A program made the translations under genes and the position numbers. The notes under the pieces were generated by a model. It worked only from the letters and a program-made list of their open reading frames with translations, was not told the DNA's origin and ran no database searches. A stretch of DNA of 64,000 nucleotides, taken from the human T2T-CHM13v2.0 reference genome, Homo sapiens. Each line of letters starts with the position of its first letter. Position 1 is the first letter of the stretch. The stretch lies in the NCBI RefSeq assembly GCF_009914755.1, contig NC_060928.1. One strand, given 5' to 3'. Below, piece by piece: positions 56,711 to 64,000 of the stretch.

Positions 56711-58817
56711 GAACCTGACATAGTTGTTTATCTGCTGAGAGTACAAGTTATTGTGATAACAAATGGCATTGCAATTGGTCATCCTTTTCTAATGGTATAT
56801 TTGCATTTTAATAACTGTATTGAAAAACTCAAGGAGATTGCTATTATTCTACCTATTTGGGTTAAAATGATAAACAACAGAAGTGTTTTTCAGATGGAGA
56901 ACCCCCTTAAATCAAAATATGTTAGCCATGCCAGCTACTTTAGTGTGTGAGAACAGTTCAGACACTAGCTTGGCAAATTGGTCTGCTGAAGCACCATTAG
57001 TAATGATAAGAGAAGTTTCTTCTGAAGTGGACTAAGTTAGCAAACTTTTTTGAATTCACAAATTGATATATTATGACTGGAATTTTGCATTAGATCTATG
57101 TCAATGGTTAAAATTAAAATTGTTTACTGTTATAAAATTAACTCCCTAGAAGATTAAGTCATGGTTACCTAGTACTTCTACTATTTCATGGTACATTGTG
57201 TCTCCAGTTAAGTTTGTGTTTCACTTTGAGAAGAGGAGCTTTATACAAGAGAGGAGTTAAAATAATTCGGAAAATTTTGTAGAGCTAATATAATTTAACA
57301 CCTATCGAGTTACATTAAATAGGTGTCTACCTTTTTGATTCCACATACTAAAGTTTTGACTTTTGCTGATCCATGCTCAGAAGATCATAAAATCTTCTGA
57401 GTTTGTATATTTGAGTATGTGTATATGTTTATGTATGTGTCCCATAAGTGATTTTGAGTTGATCCACCCAAATCCCCATCCAATTCAATTTGATCCCAAA
57501 GACTTCAGTTTGTCAGACCTTGAAAAAGTTAGATAATTAACTTAGGCCATGAAACAGAAAAATAAGTTGTGTCATCAATATTGAGGATATTTTAAATATT
57601 AAATTTCCTTAGAATGAAGAATGGTTTACAGTTTTGTAGTAGCCTTGTCTTTTGATATTATTCATAAATACTGGATAAAGGTATGCTCAATTGAAGAATC
57701 ATTCAGTGGATCTCAGTAGAAGTCTAAATCAAATCATGGAAAACACATCATTCAACCAAAATAGCAAGTTTAGAAAACTACAACTAAAGCTTTCAGTATT
57801 GATTTTTATATAACAATGTATGCTATACACAAATAACCATTTTCAACAATCAGTTATAAAAAACATAATGAACTAATCCAAAAGAAAGTACTATTTTATG
57901 TAATTCAAGCTGTTGAAAGATACAATATTCTACAAAAATGATTTCCAGTGATCTTTTTTTTACAGCAAATATGAACAGATAATCCAGTAATCTCTTAATT
58001 GTTGCAAAACAAAAAAAAAAATTTCTTAAGTTTGTACAGTTTTTCTAAGATTTTACAGCCAATATTGTTTGATATAAATTTCCCTATTTATCCTCAAAAA
58101 GGATACTGAGTAGTTTGGATAGCTGATGCTTAAAATTGAGCAGTATGAGGCCAACTAAAGGGAATAACTTGTGACGAAGGTGTAATGCCTATTTCTACCT
58201 TGTTCAACAAAGCTATTGTACAAGACTCTTTAAACCAATCAGATGAACTAAACTGTCTGATAAACTGAAAGGCTATGGGCAAAATTATTTGATTCAAATT
58301 GCATTATAAAACTGCTTTATGAGAACTATATTGGGTAATCACTCTAAATGTCCCAATTAATAATTTATAGTGGCGAGTAGATTGCCCATAAGAAAGGACT
58401 GCCTCTGGATGTGTATGGAGAAAATAACTGGAGATACATTGAGAGTTCCTGGCTACCTCCGATTCAGTTTGCAAAGGGTTTTGATAAAAATGAAATAATG
58501 AATGCAACAGCAAGGTCAAGACATGCACAGAAGTTAAGAAGGAGTTTGTTCCAGCCTAGAGAAAGAAATAAAATATGTGTCGTTAGTCAAGTAAATGGAT
58601 TTTTCAAACTGAGTTCAATTTCTATACAACTTAGCCATATGCTGTTTGATAGCATTTTGATTTTTAATACTATCCAATATTTCAGATATTTCTAGGAAAA
58701 CTATGAAAAGAAAATATGCTATTGGACACTCTTTATGTGATTTCCTGGTTTCACACCTGATTTACTAGTATTGCATTGATACCATGCCTGAAAGAGAATC
58801 TGAAACATTATGAGTGC

Positions 58818-59510
58818 TTTTTTTTTTATTTTTATTTTTTATTATACTTTAAGTTTTAGGGTACATGTGCACATTGTGCAGGTTAGTTACATATGTATAC
58901 ATGTGCCATGCTGGTGTGCTGCACCCATTAACTCGTCATCTAGCATTAGGTATATCTCCCAATGCTATCCCTCCCCCCTCCCCCCACCCCACCACAGTCC
59001 CCAGAGTGTGATATTCCCCTTCCTGTGTCCATGTGATCTCATTGTTCAATTCCCACCTATGAGTGAGAATATGCGGTGTTTGGTTTTTGTTCTTGCAATA
59101 GTTTACTGAGAATGATGGTTTCCAATTTCATCCATGTCCCTACAAAGGACATGAACTCATCATTTTTTATGGCTGCATAGTATTCCATGGTGTATATGTG
59201 CCACATTTTCTTAATCCAGTCTATCATTGTTGGACATTTGGGTTGGTTCCAAGTCTTTGCTATTGTGAATAATGCCGCAATAAACATACGTCTGCATGTG
59301 TCTTTATAGCAGCATGATTTATAGTCCTTTGGGTATATACCCAGTAATGGGATGGCTGGGTCAAATGGTATTTCTAGTTCTAGATCCCTGAGGAATCGCC
59401 ACACTGACTTCCACAATGGTTGAACTAGTTTACAGTCCCACCAACAGTGTAAGAGTGTTCCTATTTCTCCACATCCTCTCCAGCACCTGTTGTTTCCTGA
59501 CTTTTTAATG
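58818..59510 (-). mobile_element. 5'-truncated L1PA2-like LINE-1 (~690 bp), ORF2p C-terminus plus 3'UTR
   Basis: ORF 59057-59575(-) contains the ORF2p C-terminus ([18 protein letters not shown]...); 3'UTR has GAG rather than the L1HS-Ta ACA; probable TSD 'tgcttWttttttt' ending at a TTTT/AA site. Confidence 0.96.
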
Positions 59511-59629
59511 CTTATTTTTTTAAGTGAGACATTTGATAAGTCAAAAGAATTTTCTTGTTGTATTGTCTGCTTCACTAACAGGAGAAGCTTTGATACCCAG
59601 GATCACAATACGTTGAATGACAAAAAGAG

Positions 59630-61232
59630 CTCCCCCTCCCCCTCTCCCCTTTGCACGGTCCTCGTCTCCCCTTTGCACGGTCTCCCTCTGATGCCGAGCC
59701 GAGGCTGGACTACTGCCGCCATCTTGGCTCACTGCAGCCTCCCTGCCTGATTCTCCTGCCTCAGCCTGCCGAGTGCCTGGGATTGCAGGCGCGCGCCGCC
59801 ACACCTGACTGGTTTTCATATTTTTTGGTGGAGATGGGGTTTCACCGTGTTGGCCGGGCTGGTCTCCAGCTCCTGACCGCGAGTGGTCTGCCAGCCTTGG
59901 CCTCCCGAGGTGCCGGGATTGCAGACGGAGTCTTGCTCACTCAGTGCTCAATGTTGCCCAGGCTGGAGTGCAGTGGCATGATCTCGGATCGCTACAACCT
60001 ACACCTCCCAGCCTCCTGCCTTGGCCTCCCAAAGTGCTGAGATTGCAGCCTCTGCCCGGCCGCCACCCCGTATGGGAGGTGAGGAGCATCTCTGCCTGGC
60101 CGCCCATCCTCTGGGATGTGAGGAGCCCCTCTGCCCGGCCGCCCAGTCTGGGAAGTGAGGAGCGCCTCTTCCTGGCCGTCATCCCGTCTAGGAAGTGAGG
60201 AGCGTCTCTGCCCGCCCGCCCATCATCTGGGATGTGGGGAGCGCCTCTGCCCCACCGCCCCGTCTGAGATATGAAGAGCACCTCTGCCCGGCCGCGACCC
60301 CGTCTGGGAACTGAGGAGTGTCTCTGCCCCACCGCCACCCCGTCTGGGAGGTGAGGAGCGTCTCTGACTGGCCGCCCCGTCTGGGAAGTGGGGAGCCCCT
60401 CTGCCCGGCAGCCACCCCGTCTGGGAAGTGAGGAGCGTCTATGCCCGGCCGCCGCCCCGTCTGGGAGGTGGGGGGCGCCTCTGCCCGGCCCCCCGGTCTG
60501 GGAAGTGGGGAGCCCCTCTGCCCGGCCGCCACCTCGTCTGGGAGGTGGGGGGCCCTCTGCCCAGCAGCCCCGTCTGGGAGGTGAGGAGCCCCTCTGCCCA
60601 GCCGCCACCCTGTCTGGGAGGTGGGGGGGCCCCTCTGCCCGGCAGCCCCGTCTAGGAAGTGAGGAGCCCCTCTGCCCAGCCGCCACCCCGTCTGGGAGGT
60701 GTACCCAACAGCTCATTGAGAAGGGGCCATGATGACAATGGCGGTTTTGTCTAATAGAAAAGGGGAAAATGTGGGGAAAAGAAAGAGAGATCAGATTGTT
60801 ATTGTTTCTGTGTAGAAAGAAGTAGACATAGGAGACTCCATTTTGTTCTGTACTAGGAAAAATTCTTCTGCCTTGGGCTGCTGTTAATCTATAACCTTAC
60901 CCCCAACTCCGTGCTCTCTGAAACATGTGCTGTGTCCACTAAGGGTTAAATGGATTAAGGGCGGTGCAAGTTGTGCTTTGTTAAACAGATGCTTGAATGC
61001 AGCATACTCCTTAAGAGTCATCACCACTCCCTAATCTCAACTACCCAGGGACACAAACACTGCGGAAGGCAGCAGGGCCCTCTGCCTAGGAAAACCAGAG
61101 ACCTTTGTTCACATGTTTATCTGCTGACCTCCCCTCCACTATTGTCCTGTGACCCTGCCAAATCCCCCTCTCCGAGAAACACCCAAGAATGACCAATAGA
61201 TACTAAAAAATAAATAAATAAATAAATAAAAT
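59630..61232 (+). mobile_element. SVA retrotransposon (probably SVA_B), near full length
   Basis: Short CCCTCT-like head, antisense Alu-like domain (~59690-60045), GC-rich VNTR (~60050-60700), SINE-R (~60700-61200), (TAAA)n tail; TSD 'caaaaagag' at 59621-59629 and 61233-61241. Confidence 0.97.
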
Positions 61233-61484
61233 CAAAAAGAGAGGCAGAAAAGTATAATAGTATTAGTACTCTTTCAGATGTAAAGTTAAATTTAAACTAG
61301 TTTTTCGACAAAATAGAATTGGAATGATAAATACATTTTAAAAAGGCATGTATTTTATTATTTAACTGAAAATTCTGGGGTATAACTGGATCCAGGTGCT
61401 TGTAAGATGTCATTCACAGCTCAGTTTCTCCATCTATCAGGCAGGTTTTCATTAAGTAGTGGGCAAGTAGCTGATTAAAACTCA

Positions 61485-61555
61485 AGATATATACATATAT
61501 TTATATATTATGTATTATATATATATTTATATATTATGTATTATATATATATATA
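61485..61555. repeat. (TA)-rich low-complexity repeat
   Basis: 'atatatttatatattatgtattatatatat' twice. Confidence 0.8.
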
Positions 61556-62366
61556 CTAACAGCTTTGCAACATTAGAAATAAAAGTCAGTCTTATAAAAG
61601 AAAGATTTTCTCAATAGCTTAAAAAAAATAAGCCTCCCTAGACTCATGAATCTAGACCTGAAGCACATTGCAGAAAATGCATGCTTTAGAAGAATGGAGG
61701 CTTTGTTACCAGCAGAAAAATAAAACAATAATAATAATAAAAACCACTGCCACTCTAGCAGCTCGAGTTCAATATAAACTTAGGCCCTGAGTGTATTCCC
61801 CTGGACCACAAAAGGGATTTTTTTTAACTGCTTAAAGGAGGGGGTCAGGTGCAACAAAGTGTATCTGAATACTGAAAGAGTTACAAGTGTTGTGGGATAG
61901 GGAATGGTATCCCAAAAACGTAAATCAAGTGGCCAAGAATGTGTTTTAATACTATTAATAGCCCTGGGCTTTGTAGTAAATCTTTGCAGGGTGAGAGTTT
62001 GAGTTTTTTAAAAATATATACATGACTTTCTCGTTATAACCAAAATCATTCACTGTAATTTAATTTTTAGTGGCTCTGGATTATAAGTGGTAGGGCTTGC
62101 AAATTAATTGATTATATTTCATGGTCTTTGGGGAATAAATTTTCAATTATTAGCGGACAATATTGTCTACTCTTTCATATAATTGCATTCCACCAAGAAT
62201 GCAAAATAAAGATTCTTATTAAAGTCTAATGAGATAAACTGAAAATTGTCCATAATCAATCACCAGGGTACCAGGATTTTTAGAACCTGATTAAAATGAA
62301 AATACCAAACTTAAATATATTGAGGAACAAAAAGTTGATATTTCTATTTTAATTAAAACTAAAATT

Positions 62367-62730
<364 letters not shown>

Positions 62731-63249
62731 CTAATAGAGATATGTGACCCCTTGTAATCCACTGAAATTTTTATTCTTTATTATTTTTATGTGAAATGAG
62801 AATTAAAAGAGTACTCAACAGTCATAAAACTACTTTGCAAATACAAACCAATAAATTAAGTACTATTTTTAAAAGTTATATTTTCAAGTCAGGTTTTAGT
62901 TTTAAAAATACTTGTTTAATCCACCTATGAGAAGCTTCAAACTCATAATCTTTACTTCAAAGTTTATTAAATTCCTACTTTCTAATACATGAATTAATTC
63001 AAACCAATACATACATGTTTAATGTTGATTTGTAACATAAGCATCTATTAATAACTGCTTGATTTCAAACACCTAAAATTCTAGAACCTTAAAATGAAAT
63101 TATTTTTTGTATTGGTTTACACTGTCCACGAGAGAAAAGAAGAATAAAATATCTTAATTATTGTAGAGATTATAAATATGCCTTCAATATAATGGCCAAA
63201 TGTTATTTTTCTATAGTGCTCTAGAATATGCCTATAATTCACCTTTGCT

Positions 63250-63465
63250 TTCCTTTCAGCTTTATTAAGGTACAACTGACAAATAAAATTGTATATATTT
63301 AAGGTATACGGTATACAGTGTGATGTTTTACTATACATATACATTGTGAAATGATTACCAAAATCATGCTAAATAACATCTACATCATTTCACGTGGTTT
63401 TTGACGTGTGTATATATGAGTGGTAAGAATACTTAAAATCTATTTTATTAGCAAATTTCAAGTCC
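63250..63465 (-). mobile_element. L1MA 3'-end fragment
   Basis: 'gctttattaaggtacaactgacaaataaaattgtatatatttaaggta...acattgtgaaatgattacca...agcaaatttcaagt'. Confidence 0.8.
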
Positions 63466-63825
63466 ACTTTCTTTTTAATTAAAATGTTATTTCATTCTCC
63501 TTTGCACATTCCCATTAGTCATGTTTATACATTCTCCTCCAAGTTTAGCTTTGTAGCATTTAGAAAATCCAAAGTCAAATTAAAAGCACTGAAAAAAGCT
63601 TCAATTTTAAGAATACATAATACATATTGTTATCACACCATGTCACTTGTCCATCAGAATTAATTATCTCTGAAGCAATAAAATGAGGTGTTGCTGACTT
63701 CTTCTGAAGAATCAGGTCTGTAAGCAAGAGACATATGCTAACCAGAGAGCTCTTTTCTCTTTATTTTTCTAAAATTTGTAGTCCAACTGATTACTTCTCC
63801 TAAGTGAGCATCAAAACTGCATGGC

Positions 63826-64000
63826 AGCCAGGTGCAGTGGCTCACGCCTGTAATGCCAGTAGTTTTGGAGGCTGAGGCAGGACAATCGCTTGAGGTCAGG
63901 ATTTCAAAACCAGCATGGGCAACAAGTGAGACCCCTATTTCTACAAAAAAATAAAAAATATTAGCTGTATATGGTGGTACAATCCTGTAGTCCTAGCTAC
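63826..64000 (+). mobile_element. AluJ, cut by the window end
   Basis: Left monomer, A-rich linker and start of the right monomer. Confidence 0.9.

Noticed and set aside
57376-57401. Perfect 10-bp hairpin ctcagaagat-cataaa-atcttctgag
   Set aside because: Roughly one such stem is expected by chance in 64 kb, and it is too short for a pre-miRNA
59057-59575. 172-aa ORF with L1 ORF2p similarity
   Set aside because: Only the C-terminal remnant of a 5'-truncated L1 fused to flank; not a gene
59541-61192. Cluster of long ORFs up to 259 aa
   Set aside because: All lie in the GC-rich SVA Alu-like, VNTR and SINE-R domains; repetitive translations are expected there

Overview
Primate (human-like) nuclear DNA, AT-rich and dominated by interspersed repeats, with no recognisable protein-coding exon, RNA gene or CpG-island promoter. 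It looks like a deep intron or gene desert, and I cannot name the locus. By eye it holds 14 Alus (J, S and Y types), one near full-length SVA (probably SVA_B) with a target-site duplication (TSD), a young 5'-truncated L1PA2-like element 119 bp from that SVA, a ~6.2 kb ancient L1M with nested insertions, an internally deleted L1MA split by an ERV1 LTR, and solo LTRs (LTR9-group, MLT2, MER50, MLT1B, nested THE1s, LTR16/LTR33-like). There are also MER5A/MER33 DNA transposons and MIR/L2 relics. The ORF track is explained by repeats or chance. I found no evidence of a new biological system. The observations most worth a second look are structural: a 149-bp x ~2.7 tandem repeat, a ~150-bp templated copy placed 2.4 kb from its source, two miniature twin-primed (5'-inverted) L1 insertions of 62 and 182 bp, an antisense THE1-in-THE1 nest, and the L1/SVA pair. 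Subfamily names come from recalled consensus sequences and need RepeatMasker/Dfam confirmation.
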